Shown piece after piece: positions 44,176 through 53,844 of a stretch of 64,000 nt of DNA (the first letter of the stretch is position 1; each line of letters starts with the position of its first letter). Location: contig JAYVYR010000002.1 of assembly GCA_043784065.1 (NCBI GenBank), positions 13,521 through 77,520 of the forward strand, in the 5' to 3' direction. Origin of the DNA: Acidimicrobiaceae bacterium (GTDB lineage: Bacteria > Actinomycetota > Acidimicrobiia > Acidimicrobiales > RAAP-2). The position numbers and the translations under genes were made by a program. The notes beneath the pieces were generated by a model. The model ran no database searches. It saw nothing but the letters and a program-made list of their open reading frames with translations, and was not told the DNA's origin.

Positions 44176-46123
44176 GGGAGCCCTCTCCACTGACGGCAAA
44201 GGTGCTTTGCATTGCAACCGGGGCCGGTTCGTTCGACCTACCCGTGCGCTTCACCCAGGGCAACCGGATGTGGAGCGCCTCGATGCCGAGGATCCCGTTG
44301 GCTGCCCGGCCGATCAGGATCACGCCGATGCCGGCAAAGATACCGATGCTGCTCGGCCAGATCTGGTTGAGGGCGACATAGGTGAGTGCGGCTAGGAAGG
44401 CACCCGAAACGGTGCGGATGCCCCAGATGGTCACGAACAGCACGAAGATGATGCCGGGGAAGATGTCGAAGTCGGTCGTACCGACGAGCTGCTGCACCGT
44501 TCCGAATAGGGCGCCGCCCAGGCCGGCCATGCCTGCGGCGATAGCGAAGACTGCGACCTTGGTGAAGCCGATGTTGAGGCCGACCGTGGCGTAGGCGGCC
44601 GGCGAGTCGTTGACTGCCACCAGCCGGCGACCGAACAGGCTGCGTCTGATGGCCAGCACCAGCCACGCCGACAGGACGAAGAACACAGTGACGAGCAGGA
44701 ACTCGGCAGTGTCCCCCTTGAAGGACAGCCCCGGCAAAGTGATGCGATAGATCTGGAGGGCGCCACCGCCGAAAACGTTGCCATCAGTGAAGAATCCTTG
44801 AGCCACTGCATCGGCGAATGCGAAGGTGGCGAGGGCCAGGTAGAGGTCGCTCAGCCGGATGGTGGGCAGAGCGATCAGGGCACCGATCGCCGCGCAGATG
44901 GCGGTGGCAGCCAATAGGCCGACCAGCGACCCGCCGCCGGCCACCTTGCCCATGATGAAGGCGCCGATCCCCATGAAGGAGAACTGACAGAGCGAGACCT
45001 GTCCGGAGTAACCGGTCACCAGCACCAGTGACAGGCCAACGATGGCCAGGCACATCACCATGCCGCCGAGCTGCCCGTACGTGGTGCCGTGGTAGTTGCC
45101 GTTGGCGAAGGCGACTGCCACCACCACGGCCACGACGAGGAAGACGGCACCTCCGATGAGGGACTCCCTGCCACCCGCCACCCGGGGGGCCCGCATCGAG
45201 GTCAGCCGTCCGGCTGCCCGGAGCCGCACGGACGGCAGGGTGACCAGGGCGAGGAAGAGGAAGATCATGGGCAGCGCAGCGTTGAAGTCGCTGATGCTGC
45301 CCTGCGACGGCTGGAGGTGGAGGTGGCTGAGAAGGGAGTTCTCGTAGTTGAGGATGTAGTTCTCGGCTAGCCCGATCCCGATGGCGGCGGCAAAGGTGAT
45401 GGAGATGCTCTTCAGTCGGCCGACGATTGCCGCTGCGTAGCCGCTCACCACCAGCAGCGTGAAGGACACGATGCTGATCCCGGTGGTCTGGGTCGGGGCC
45501 AGCATCACACCGGACAGTGCGGCCATGAAGAAGCCGAGGATCCATCCGTACTGGCTCATCCGGTGGGGCGACACCCCCGCCATCGACACCAGTTCGGGAT
45601 CATCGACCACGGCTCGCAACGCATAGCCCATGCGGGTGGAGTAGAAGAGCAGACGTAACCCGATGGCCACGGCGATGGCCACCCCGATGATGAGGACGTA
45701 CTGGTACTGAATGTTGATGCCGACAAAGTGGAACTGGCCGTTGATCTGCGGATTCACCGACCGCTGGACGGTGGGAGACCACACCACCGTGGCCACACCC
45801 GTCAGGATGACCATCAGGCCGAGCGTCACCATGACCGGCCGCTCGGCCGAGGCACCGTGGAGCCGCCGCATCAGCACCCGCTCGACGAATGCGCCGCTGA
45901 TCGACGCGCCGAGGACGAGAATGATGATGAGGGCGGCCCAGGTCGGTTGGTTGTGGGCCGAGACGAGCTCCCAGTAGCCGAAGGCGGCGATCATCCCGAC
46001 CGCACCCTGGGCGAAGTTGAATACCCCCGACGTGGTGTACGTGACCACCAGGCCGGTCGCCGCAATGGCATAGCCGGCGCCCAACATGATCCCGAACACC
46101 GTGAATTGGAGAAAGTTGCTCAT
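44162..46123 (-). CDS. Fused LivH/LivM-type ABC transporter permease
   Basis: 653-aa polytopic protein. The N-terminal half is LivH-like (MSNFLQFTVFGIMLGAGYAI...) and the C-terminal half LivM-like. Confidence 0.8.
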   Translation of the reverse strand: MSNFLQFTVFGIMLGAGYAIAATGLVVTYTTSGVFNFAQGAVGMIAAFGYWELVSAHNQPTWAALIIILVLGASISGAFVERVLMRRLHGASAERPVMVTLGLMVILTGVATVVWSPTVQRSVNPQINGQFHFVGINIQYQYVLIIGVAIAVAIGLRLLFYSTRMGYALRAVVDDPELVSMAGVSPHRMSQYGWILGFFMAALSGVMLAPTQTTGISIVSFTLLVVSGYAAAIVGRLKSISITFAAAIGIGLAENYILNYENSLLSHLHLQPSQGSISDFNAALPMIFLFLALVTLPSVRLRAAGRLTSMRAPRVAGGRESLIGGAVFLVVAVVVAVAFANGNYHGTTYGQLGGMVMCLAIVGLSLVLVTGYSGQVSLCQFSFMGIGAFIMGKVAGGGSLVGLLAATAICAAIGALIALPTIRLSDLYLALATFAFADAVAQGFFTDGNVFGGGALQIYRITLPGLSFKGDTAEFLLVTVFFVLSAWLVLAIRRSLFGRRLVAVNDSPAAYATVGLNIGFTKVAVFAIAAGMAGLGGALFGTVQQLVGTTDFDIFPGIIFVLFVTIWGIRTVSGAFLAALTYVALNQIWPSSIGIFAGIGVILIGRAANGILGIEALHIRLPWVKRTGRSNEPAPVAMQSTFAVSGEGSRAAS

Positions 46124-46194
46124 GGCATCCCCTTCATTTCCATCGGGATCCCCCCCGGATCATGGGCAGTAGAAGTCGTCGACGTGCCGGGTGC

Positions 46195-47532
46195 TCAGGT
46201 GCCGGGCTTGACGATGTAGGACCCGTCGCACCGGAATCCCTTGGTGCTGCTGGTGGTCGGCGGATTGTCAGGTGAGCGCACGAACTGCCCATTGGTCACC
46301 GTGGCGATGAGGTAGCAGTTGGGCGGAGTCTTGGCTGCCGGGTTCGACGGAGCATTGAAGCCGTCGCCGTCGAATGTCGTGATCTTGGACAGCGATTGGA
46401 GGAGCGAGCCCCGGCTGGGGTTCGTTCCGGCATGCTTCAGGCCCTGGACGAAGAGGTTGGCCGAGAGCCACCCGTAGGCGGTGAACAGGTCGGGGCTGAA
46501 CCCGGGGGATGCCACTTGAACCCAATGCAAAAACGTTGCCACCGCCGGCACCGCTGCCTGGTCCGTGCCCAGGTAGAGGGTGAGGTTCTGGGACAGGTAG
46601 GCGCCGTTCACGTTGCTCGCGCCACCAGATTGGGTGACCAGCTGGTTCGAGTAGGTGGCGGCACCCAGTAAGACCTGGGGGTGATAGTTCTGCTGGGCCA
46701 GAGCCTTGAGGACCGACGACGAGTAGTTGGAGGGCATCTGGTCCATGAAGATGATCTTCACCCCGGCGTTCTTCATGGCGATCACCTGCTGGGTGAAGTC
46801 CGTCTGCGTGGTGGCGTAGGTCTGCTCCGACACGAACGTGAAACCGGCCTTTTGAGCGACGTACTTCTCCCCTGCCCAGGTCTGGGCAGCCGAAGGCGAG
46901 TCGGCCAGGAACGCACCAGCGTGGCTGGCGTCGGCCTTGAATCTGTTGGAGTAGTAGTTCATCGGTCCCGAGGCCCAGCCATCGGCCAGCGGGATGGGGC
47001 TGTAGACGTTGGGCAATTTGTTGGTGGCGTTGTCCAAGACCTGCGCCACGTCGGGAAACCCGGGGTTCAGAGCGAGCACCGCACCACCGAAGCTGTCCTC
47101 AAGCGAAAAGTTACCCACCAGGGCGAAATCGTTCTGGAGGGCATTCTGTGAGGCCTGTTTGTTGGAGGCCCCGGTAAAGCCGTCATCGGCGTTGTTGAGG
47201 ACGATCTTTCGACCGTTCACACCACCAGCCGAGTTGATGTAGTCAACGTAGGCCTGGGTTCCGACCTGGGCGCCTTTGAAGAGCCCGAGCGAGAGCGTCG
47301 ACACGTTCCCGACCTGTACCTGGCTCGCCGTCACTCCCGTATGGTCGGAGAAAGCACTGGACGGGATGGCGCCGGAGGTGCCGCCCGTGGTTGACGAGCC
47401 GCTGGTCGTCGTCGTCGAGGAACTGGTCGAACTACAGGCCGCCGCGCCCAAACCGACCGCCAGTACCATCGTCAGCGCAGTCGAACGACTCTTCCAAGAA
47501 CTTGAGCGCAACGCTCCCCCTACATTTCTCAT
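46195..47532 (-). CDS. ABC transporter substrate-binding lipoprotein (LivJ/K-like, Peripla_BP_6)
   Basis: Signal peptide with lipobox LGAAAC, a Ser/Thr-rich linker, then a type I periplasmic binding fold. Start at ATG 47532 (MRNVGG). Confidence 0.8.
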   Translation of the reverse strand: MRNVGGALRSSSWKSRSTALTMVLAVGLGAAACSSTSSSTTTTSGSSTTGGTSGAIPSSAFSDHTGVTASQVQVGNVSTLSLGLFKGAQVGTQAYVDYINSAGGVNGRKIVLNNADDGFTGASNKQASQNALQNDFALVGNFSLEDSFGGAVLALNPGFPDVAQVLDNATNKLPNVYSPIPLADGWASGPMNYYSNRFKADASHAGAFLADSPSAAQTWAGEKYVAQKAGFTFVSEQTYATTQTDFTQQVIAMKNAGVKIIFMDQMPSNYSSSVLKALAQQNYHPQVLLGAATYSNQLVTQSGGASNVNGAYLSQNLTLYLGTDQAAVPAVATFLHWVQVASPGFSPDLFTAYGWLSANLFVQGLKHAGTNPSRGSLLQSLSKITTFDGDGFNAPSNPAAKTPPNCYLIATVTNGQFVRSPDNPPTTSSTKGFRCDGSYIVKPGT

Positions 47533-47673
47533 TGTGTTCGGACGGTCGACGCAGCCCCCAAGACGCAAGACTGGGCCGAAACGAATATGTGACTCTACGT
47601 CAGAAACCCGGCACCGTGTCCAGAGTTCCTTGCCTCGTCCCAGGTGCCTGCAGGCCCGACCCAACATCGGAAA

Positions 47674-49023
47674 CTAGTGAGTGCCGGCTCCAGTGCCGGT
47701 GCCGGCTCCGGTGTCAGTGCCGGTGGGGCCCGGGACCGGTCGCGGCACCTGAGCCCGCACCGCCTCGAGGAATCGGACCACCCCGAGGGTCGTGTTGCGC
47801 GACCGGATCGAGAGCAGGACGTCGAAGGCGTGCTGAGCGCGGGGTAGCTCGAGGTAGGCCACCGGGGCGAGGGAGGTCTCCCGCAACCGCTGGGCAAAGC
47901 GACGCCCGACCTGTGGCGGCACGAGCGTGTCGTTGGTCCCCTGGACGACGAAGAACGCCGGAGCCGACGGCGTGATGCGCTGGTCGGGGGAGGCCGACGC
48001 GTACAGCGACGTGTTGTCGACGTAGGGAAGCTTCATGACCCGCTTCTCCAGCAACTCGATGAGGCCGGGACCGTAGACCCCTTCGGCCTCGGGGTCACCC
48101 GTCATGTCATGGACGCCGTAGAAGGGGACGCACGCACTGACCGAGGTGTCGGCTTCCTCGAATCCGGGCTGCCATTCCGGTGCGTTCGGGGTGAGTGCGG
48201 CCAGGGCTGACAGGTGACCACCGGCCGATCCGCCCGACACGGCGAGGAACGACGGGTCGCCGCCGTACTCGGCGATATGAGCCCGTACCCAGGCCAGCGC
48301 CTGCTTGCAGTCGACGATGTGGTCCGGCCAAGTCGCCTGCGGGCTGAGCCGGTAGTTGATGGCCACACATACCCAGCCGCGTTCGGCCAACTCGTGCAAC
48401 ATCGGCAGACCCTGCTCCCGCTTGTCGCCCATGACCCAGGCCCCGCCATGGATGTAGACCAGCACCGGGGCACCGGACGGCGGATCGGCCCGCCGCACCA
48501 ACACGTCGAGTTTGTGCCGGTAGATGCCGTCACCGACATAGTCGAGATTGCGGATGCGCCGGATACGGCCGAAACGGAAGGGAACGGGCAGCACCAGCCG
48601 CCACCAGGTCACCCAGGCCGGCGCCAGGTCGACACCCTCGGCCCGAATGGGACCGCCAGCGGCTGACTCGAGCGCCTGGTCGACCAAGCCGGCCGAGCGG
48701 CAGGCGGACACGACAAGGGCCACATAGACCAGCAATGCCACCAGACCGAGAGCGGCGGCCAGCCACCACACGGGGTTGCGCGGTTGGGCGGCGTCACCCA
48801 GCACGACGGACCCGGCCAAGACCACGACGGCGGCGTGCACGGGCACCTCAGCCACCACCCAACCGAGCACGAACGAGACGACCGAGAACGGCTCGCGCCG
48901 GAGCGGTGCCCAAGCCGGGATGGCCAGGAGGGTGGACACCATGGTGAACGCCAGAAATGCCCAGAGCACCCCACCATCAAACACCGTCCGCCAACCGGAA
49001 CGGAAACCGGCTCTGGATCGCAC
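47674..49023 (-). CDS. Membrane-anchored alpha/beta hydrolase (esterase/lipase, Abhydrolase_3-like)
   Basis: N-terminal TM segments, the oxyanion motif YIHGGAWVMGD and the nucleophile elbow SGGSAGGH. Gly/Thr/Ala repeat tail. Confidence 0.8.
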   Translation of the reverse strand: MRSRAGFRSGWRTVFDGGVLWAFLAFTMVSTLLAIPAWAPLRREPFSVVSFVLGWVVAEVPVHAAVVVLAGSVVLGDAAQPRNPVWWLAAALGLVALLVYVALVVSACRSAGLVDQALESAAGGPIRAEGVDLAPAWVTWWRLVLPVPFRFGRIRRIRNLDYVGDGIYRHKLDVLVRRADPPSGAPVLVYIHGGAWVMGDKREQGLPMLHELAERGWVCVAINYRLSPQATWPDHIVDCKQALAWVRAHIAEYGGDPSFLAVSGGSAGGHLSALAALTPNAPEWQPGFEEADTSVSACVPFYGVHDMTGDPEAEGVYGPGLIELLEKRVMKLPYVDNTSLYASASPDQRITPSAPAFFVVQGTNDTLVPPQVGRRFAQRLRETSLAPVAYLELPRAQHAFDVLLSIRSRNTTLGVVRFLEAVRAQVPRPVPGPTGTDTGAGTGTGAGTH

Positions 49024-49030
49024 GTCCAGG

Positions 49031-50602
49031 GTGAGGCATCATCTAGGTCCGGCCGAAGACCGGATCCCGACCCGTGGCGCAGCCGCCACACCGACACACG
49101 GAGGAGGGCGAGCCATCGAACCACTGAGCGGCCTCGACGCCAGTTTCCTCTACCTCGAAACACCCACGCTCCACATGCATGTGGAGATGGTCACCGTCTT
49201 CGATCCGTCCACTGTGCCCGGCGGCTACTCGTTCGCCAAAATGCAGGCGCAGATCGCCTCCCGCACCTATCAGGCGCCCGTGTTCCGACGGCTCCTGGTC
49301 GAGGTCCCGTTCCGGCTCGGGCACCCGGTCTGGGTCGACGACCCCCACTTCGACATCGACTACCACGTCCGGCGCACGGCAGTCCCCTCTCCTGGCGGGC
49401 TCCTCGAACTGGCCGAGTTGGCAGGAGACATCGCCAGCCGCCAACTCGACCGGTCCAAACCGCTGTGGGAGATCTGGATAGCGGAGGGCCTGGAGGATGA
49501 CCGCATCGCCGTCATCGCCAAGATGCACCACTCCACGGTCGACGGGATGTCCGGTGCTGCGCTCCTTTCTGTATTGTTCGATCTGGAGGTAGACCCCGGT
49601 CCCGAGCCCGAGCCACCCGAGGTGGTGGTCGACGGTCATATCCCGTCGAGTGCCGAACTGATCAGCGAGGCCCTCGCCGCTCGTGTCTTCCGGCCCTTCG
49701 AGATGACCCGGGACATCCTGCGCACCGGTCAGCGGCTGCTCGACGTACGTCGGGTCCGCAACGAACCAGAGCACCACGCTCCCCAGGCCAAGGCGGCGCT
49801 GCCCCTGTCGGCGCCGCGCACCTCGTTCAACGGCACGCTGACCCGGCGCCGGCAGGTGGCACTGTCGGCCATCGGGCTCGCCGACGTGAAGCGTCTGAAG
49901 AGTGCCACCGGATCGACGGTCAACGACGTGGTTCTCGCTATCTGCACCGGCGCGCTTCGGCGGTTCCTGGTCGAGGGGGATGAACTGCCCGACAAGCCGT
50001 TGGTCGCCGTGGTGCCCGTGTCGATCCATCCGGACATCGATGCCCCCTACGGGTCGAACAAGGTGTCGTCGATGTTCGTGCAGCTGCCCGCCCAGGTGGA
50101 CGATCCCCTGGAACGGCTGGAAGCCATCCGAGAAGGCACCAAAGGGGCGAAGGAGGAGCACAATGCCCTCGGTGCCGACATGCTGATCAACTGGGCAGAA
50201 CACGCTACGCCCAACACGTTTGCGGCCGCTGCCCGCCTCTACAGCCGGATGCGGCTGGCTGACCGCCACCGGCCGGTGGCCAACCTGATCATCTCAAACG
50301 TGCCGGGTCCCGACTTCCCCCTCTACCTGGCCGGGGCCGAGATGGAGGCAGGTTTTCCGCTCGGTCCGGTCATCGACGGGATCGGTATCAACATCACTAT
50401 CATGAGCTATCGCGGCACGCTCTACTGGGGGATCATCTCCTGCCCCGAGACGATGCCGAAGGTCTGGCAGCTGGCCGCCGACATCCCTCTCGCCCTCGAC
50501 GAGCTTCTGGAAGCGGCCGGGCTGCCCCCAGCCGAGTTCCGCTCGCGCCAAGCCGCCGACGCGGTCGCGGCTGCCGGGCTTACCTTCCCGACGGAGACGT
50601 GA
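49031..50602 (+). CDS. Wax ester synthase / diacylglycerol acyltransferase (WS/DGAT)
   Basis: PLSGLDASFLYLE N-terminus, catalytic HHSTVDGMSG (HHxxxDG) and C-terminal NVPGP. Stop is secure. Start uncertain: nearest canonical codon is GTG 49031, but see the finding on ATC 49115. Confidence 0.8.
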   Translation: MRHHLGPAEDRIPTRGAAATPTHGGGRAIEPLSGLDASFLYLETPTLHMHVEMVTVFDPSTVPGGYSFAKMQAQIASRTYQAPVFRRLLVEVPFRLGHPVWVDDPHFDIDYHVRRTAVPSPGGLLELAELAGDIASRQLDRSKPLWEIWIAEGLEDDRIAVIAKMHHSTVDGMSGAALLSVLFDLEVDPGPEPEPPEVVVDGHIPSSAELISEALAARVFRPFEMTRDILRTGQRLLDVRRVRNEPEHHAPQAKAALPLSAPRTSFNGTLTRRRQVALSAIGLADVKRLKSATGSTVNDVVLAICTGALRRFLVEGDELPDKPLVAVVPVSIHPDIDAPYGSNKVSSMFVQLPAQVDDPLERLEAIREGTKGAKEEHNALGADMLINWAEHATPNTFAAAARLYSRMRLADRHRPVANLIISNVPGPDFPLYLAGAEMEAGFPLGPVIDGIGINITIMSYRGTLYWGIISCPETMPKVWQLAADIPLALDELLEAAGLPPAEFRSRQAADAVAAAGLTFPTET

Positions 50603-50636
50603 GCCCCGGCGGTCGGGACACCGTGCCGTCCACTGT

Positions 50637-51800
50637 TCAGGGCGTGCCACCCACCGTCATCGATGTGGCGCCTGAGCACACCCGGACGGCTCTCCCGAAG
50701 GTCTGATGGGTCGGGTCGTAGGGAAGGACGGTGCCGTGTCCGGTCACGATGAATGCCCCGGTCGAGCCCGGGCCGGTCACGATGTCAGTGGGGTGGTCGG
50801 TGCCGGACGCGGCGGCCGTCGTTCCTCCGCTTGGCAGGCGCACGGGGGCCAGAGGGTTGGCGAAGTCGGCCACCGGCACGATGTCGATCCAATTGTCGGC
50901 CGAGTCGGCTACCAGTAGCCGGGAGCCATCGGTTGTCAGTGCCACGGCGGCCGGATCGGAGATCCCGAACCGGTCGAATCCGGCAGGGGCGCCCACCACA
51001 CCGGTCGCTGTGGCAATCGGGACCACCCGTCCTCCGTAGTCGGGTGGTCCCTGGCCGGCCACGAACAGCGTGCTGCCATCGGCCGACACGACGAGGCCGT
51101 GGGGCGAGGACACCGACGACAGGGTCAGCCCGGTGACGATGGGCAAACCAGCTGTGGCCTTGTCCGTGGCGACCGGCACGACACCACCGGATTCCAGCAC
51201 GTAGAGGGTCGGTGATGTCGGACTGAGTGCCATTCCGACCACTGTCCGGCCCGGCCCGAGGTCGAGAGGCATCCCGACCGCCCGAGTGGCGATGTCGACC
51301 GGCACGATCGTCGTCCCGCTGGCGGCCAGCACTGTCCTACCACCGTGCATCACCACCACCGCGCTGGTGGCCCCGTGCCCGGGAAGGGCGATCGGGCGGG
51401 CGGCCCGCTGGGTAGCCAGGTCGATGGGAACGAGCACGTTGGTGGTCGGCCGGCCCGGAGCCGTCGACTGCGTGACAACAAATGCCCACCGGCCGTCAGA
51501 CGATGTGGTGATGGCGAAGTCGCCGAGCGGGGGTGTACCGCCGATGGGCAACAGGATCGGTGCTTCGGGGGTGCGGGAGCGCAACTCCAGCGGGGTGACG
51601 GCGGTGGGGCACACCACATAGCCGACAGCTCCAGCCGCCGCCCCACGCGACCCGGGAAGGGCAGACGAATCAGGGATGGCCAGCGTCGAGCAACCGGTCA
51701 GGATGCCAGCCATCAGGATGGCCACGGCCGAGGTGGTCGTCCATCGGCACCACGACGACTCCGTCGGCGGGTTCCGGTCGCGTCGGGTGGGGTCCTCCAT
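50637..51800 (-). CDS. Beta-propeller repeat lipoprotein (YVTN/lactonase-like)
   Basis: Lipobox ILTGCS, then repeated ...G..P.G.A.S.DG..L.V... blades. Start at ATG 51800 avoids overlap with the upstream gene. Confidence 0.65.
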   Translation of the reverse strand: MEDPTRRDRNPPTESSWCRWTTTSAVAILMAGILTGCSTLAIPDSSALPGSRGAAAGAVGYVVCPTAVTPLELRSRTPEAPILLPIGGTPPLGDFAITTSSDGRWAFVVTQSTAPGRPTTNVLVPIDLATQRAARPIALPGHGATSAVVVMHGGRTVLAASGTTIVPVDIATRAVGMPLDLGPGRTVVGMALSPTSPTLYVLESGGVVPVATDKATAGLPIVTGLTLSSVSSPHGLVVSADGSTLFVAGQGPPDYGGRVVPIATATGVVGAPAGFDRFGISDPAAVALTTDGSRLLVADSADNWIDIVPVADFANPLAPVRLPSGGTTAAASGTDHPTDIVTGPGSTGAFIVTGHGTVLPYDPTHQTFGRAVRVCSGATSMTVGGTP

Positions 51801-51850
51801 AGGTGGGCCCGACCCTAGTGACGTCGGCGGCTCCGGCGGAAGGCCCCGTG

Positions 51851-52795
51851 TCAGGCCACCCGTGCAGGCGATCCCCTGCGGGCGTGTTCGGCGACCGCGG
51901 CCAGCGCCTCGTCGAGCGGCGTCGGCTCTATCCCGAACGTGGCTGTGCACGCCGAAGAGTCGAGGACGAAGGGACGGTCGAACTGGTAACGGGTCTCCTT
52001 GAACTCACGTATCTGCGCCGAGAACACCCCGGCAATTGTGAGGGCCCCGGGCGGAAGCGCGGCCACCGAGGCCACCGGCGCACCGGCCACCTCGCAGAAC
52101 CGGGCAGCCAGCCGGCGCTGGGTCAAGGCCGGGCCCGTCGGCACGTGCCACGCCCGCCCCCACGCCCGCTCGTCGGTGCCGAGCACGGCCAGCGTGCGCC
52201 CTACGTCGGGCACGTAGGTCGCCGAATGGGGCATGTCGGGGTCCCCTAAGACACGTGCCTTCTTGCCGGCCAGGAGACGGTCGACGTTTCGACCGAAGAA
52301 ACTTGTGTCAACGACCCCCGGGCCGAAGAAGTCCGACGCCCGGGCCTCGGTAACCCGCACGCGGCCGTCGCGGTGGGCGGCCAGAGCGTCCTCCCACATG
52401 GCGATCCGGACCCGGCCCTTGGTGCCCGTCGAGGCCAGCGGGTCGTCCTCGGTCATCGGATGGTCGACGGGTCCATAGCTGTAGAGATTGCCCATGATCA
52501 CCAGTACCGCGCCAGACCGGCTGGCTGCCTCCAGCATCGATGCGGCCATCGGGGGCCACAGCTCGGGCCAGCGATGATAGGGAGGGTTGGCGCAGTTGTA
52601 GAGGGCGTCGGCTCCACCCACGGCGGCGGCCAGGACGAACGGGTCGGAGGCGTCTGCGGCCACCCTGGTGATACCGGAGTGGTCGGGGCCCGACCCGGAA
52701 CGGGTGACGACAGTCACCTCGTGGCCTCCCTCCACCAGAGCGTGCGCTGTGGCCGTCCCGACCGCTCCCGAACCGACGATGACGTGCGTACCCAT
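51851..52795 (-). CDS. NAD(P)-binding epimerase/dehydratase-family (atypical SDR) protein
   Basis: MGTHVIVGSGAVGTATAHALVEGGHEVTVVTRS is a Rossmann N-terminus. 314 aa. Confidence 0.8.
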   Translation of the reverse strand: MGTHVIVGSGAVGTATAHALVEGGHEVTVVTRSGSGPDHSGITRVAADASDPFVLAAAVGGADALYNCANPPYHRWPELWPPMAASMLEAASRSGAVLVIMGNLYSYGPVDHPMTEDDPLASTGTKGRVRIAMWEDALAAHRDGRVRVTEARASDFFGPGVVDTSFFGRNVDRLLAGKKARVLGDPDMPHSATYVPDVGRTLAVLGTDERAWGRAWHVPTGPALTQRRLAARFCEVAGAPVASVAALPPGALTIAGVFSAQIREFKETRYQFDRPFVLDSSACTATFGIEPTPLDEALAAVAEHARRGSPARVA

Positions 52796-52818
52796 GACGG
52801 ATTCTCCTTATTGTGATC

Positions 52819-52899
52819 ACTGCTCTTGTTTGTCACCAGTATTCTCCCTTCTGGATCAGATTGCAAGAGCAGTGCTCTGTTATTGATCTACTGCTCTTG
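52819..52899. promoter_or_regulatory. Three copies of ACTGCTCTTG (one inverted, forming palindrome AGAGCA-G-TGCTCT), probable TetR operator
   Basis: ACTGCTCTTG at 52819-52828 and 52890-52899, and CAAGAGCAGT at 52864-52873, all in the 122-bp divergent region between the epimerase-like gene and the TetR gene. Confidence 0.5.
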
Positions 52900-52917
52900 T
52901 AGTGACAGACTGCAGGC

Positions 52918-53730
52918 ATGCCCCCCTCTACCGGACTGCGTGCCCGCATGCGGGCTGAGCTCACGGTCGAGATCAAGGAGGAGGCCCGGCGCCAACTGGC
53001 GGCCGAAGGGGCGTCCGGACTTTCCCTGCGGGCAGTCACACGGTCGTTGGGCTTGGCCTCATCGGCCATCTACCGCTACTTCCCCAGTCGGGACGACCTA
53101 CTCACGGCCCTCATCGTCGACGCCTACGACGCCGTCGGCAACGCCGCCGAACACGCCGATGCCAGATGCCCATCCGACGACTTCGGCGGTCGTTGGATGG
53201 CGGTCGGCCAGGCCATCCGGGCATGGTCGCTGACCAATCCCCACGAATATGCACTGGTGTACGGATCGCCGGTACCCGGCTACCGTGCGCCGGAGGACAC
53301 GATAGATCCGGCTAGCCGTGTCACCCTGGTGATGGCAGGAATAGTTGACCGTGCAGCTCGAACCGGTCGGATCGACACGCCGCCCTGGGAGCCGTCGCTC
53401 ACCCCGATCGGGCCTGACACGGCTGCCTCCCTCCAGACGTTGATCGACCTGGCATTCCCTCATGCCTCCACCGAAACGGCACTACGGGCGGTGGCGGCGT
53501 GGACCCAGCTCTTCGGCATCATCTCCTTCGAGCTCTTCGGCCACTTTCATCGGGTGATCGACGAGGCCAACCCGGTAGTCGACCGGGCACTCCTCGAGAT
53601 GGGACGGATGGTGGGGCTTCCTGCCCCGTGGTCGGATGTCGGAAGGATTGACGACGAGTCGGCGATGGGGGCGGAAGCGACCACAGGAGAGGTCCCGGGT
53701 GACCGTGACGAGGACTGGTACCTGATCTGA
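52918..53730 (+). CDS. TetR family transcriptional regulator
   Basis: ARRQLAAEGASGLSLRAVTRSLGLASSAIYRYFPSRDDLLTALI is a TetR HTH. 270 aa. Confidence 0.85.
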   Translation: MPPSTGLRARMRAELTVEIKEEARRQLAAEGASGLSLRAVTRSLGLASSAIYRYFPSRDDLLTALIVDAYDAVGNAAEHADARCPSDDFGGRWMAVGQAIRAWSLTNPHEYALVYGSPVPGYRAPEDTIDPASRVTLVMAGIVDRAARTGRIDTPPWEPSLTPIGPDTAASLQTLIDLAFPHASTETALRAVAAWTQLFGIISFELFGHFHRVIDEANPVVDRALLEMGRMVGLPAPWSDVGRIDDESAMGAEATTGEVPGDRDEDWYLI

Positions 53731-53786
53731 GGAGAGCGGCCCTGAGGAGAGCAGCCGGACACTGAATTCGGATGACGGATCGAGTT

Positions 53787-53836
53787 GGTATCGGATCTGA
53801 TACCGAGTACAGAAAAATGGTATCGGATCTGATACC
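53787..53836. promoter_or_regulatory. Two identical 18-bp palindromes GGTATCGGATCTGATACC, probable operators of the XRE-HTH gene
   Basis: Copies at 53787-53804 and 53819-53836 (32-nt centre-to-centre). The second ends 8 nt before ATG 53845. Confidence 0.55.
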
Positions 53837-53844
53837 ATTTAACG

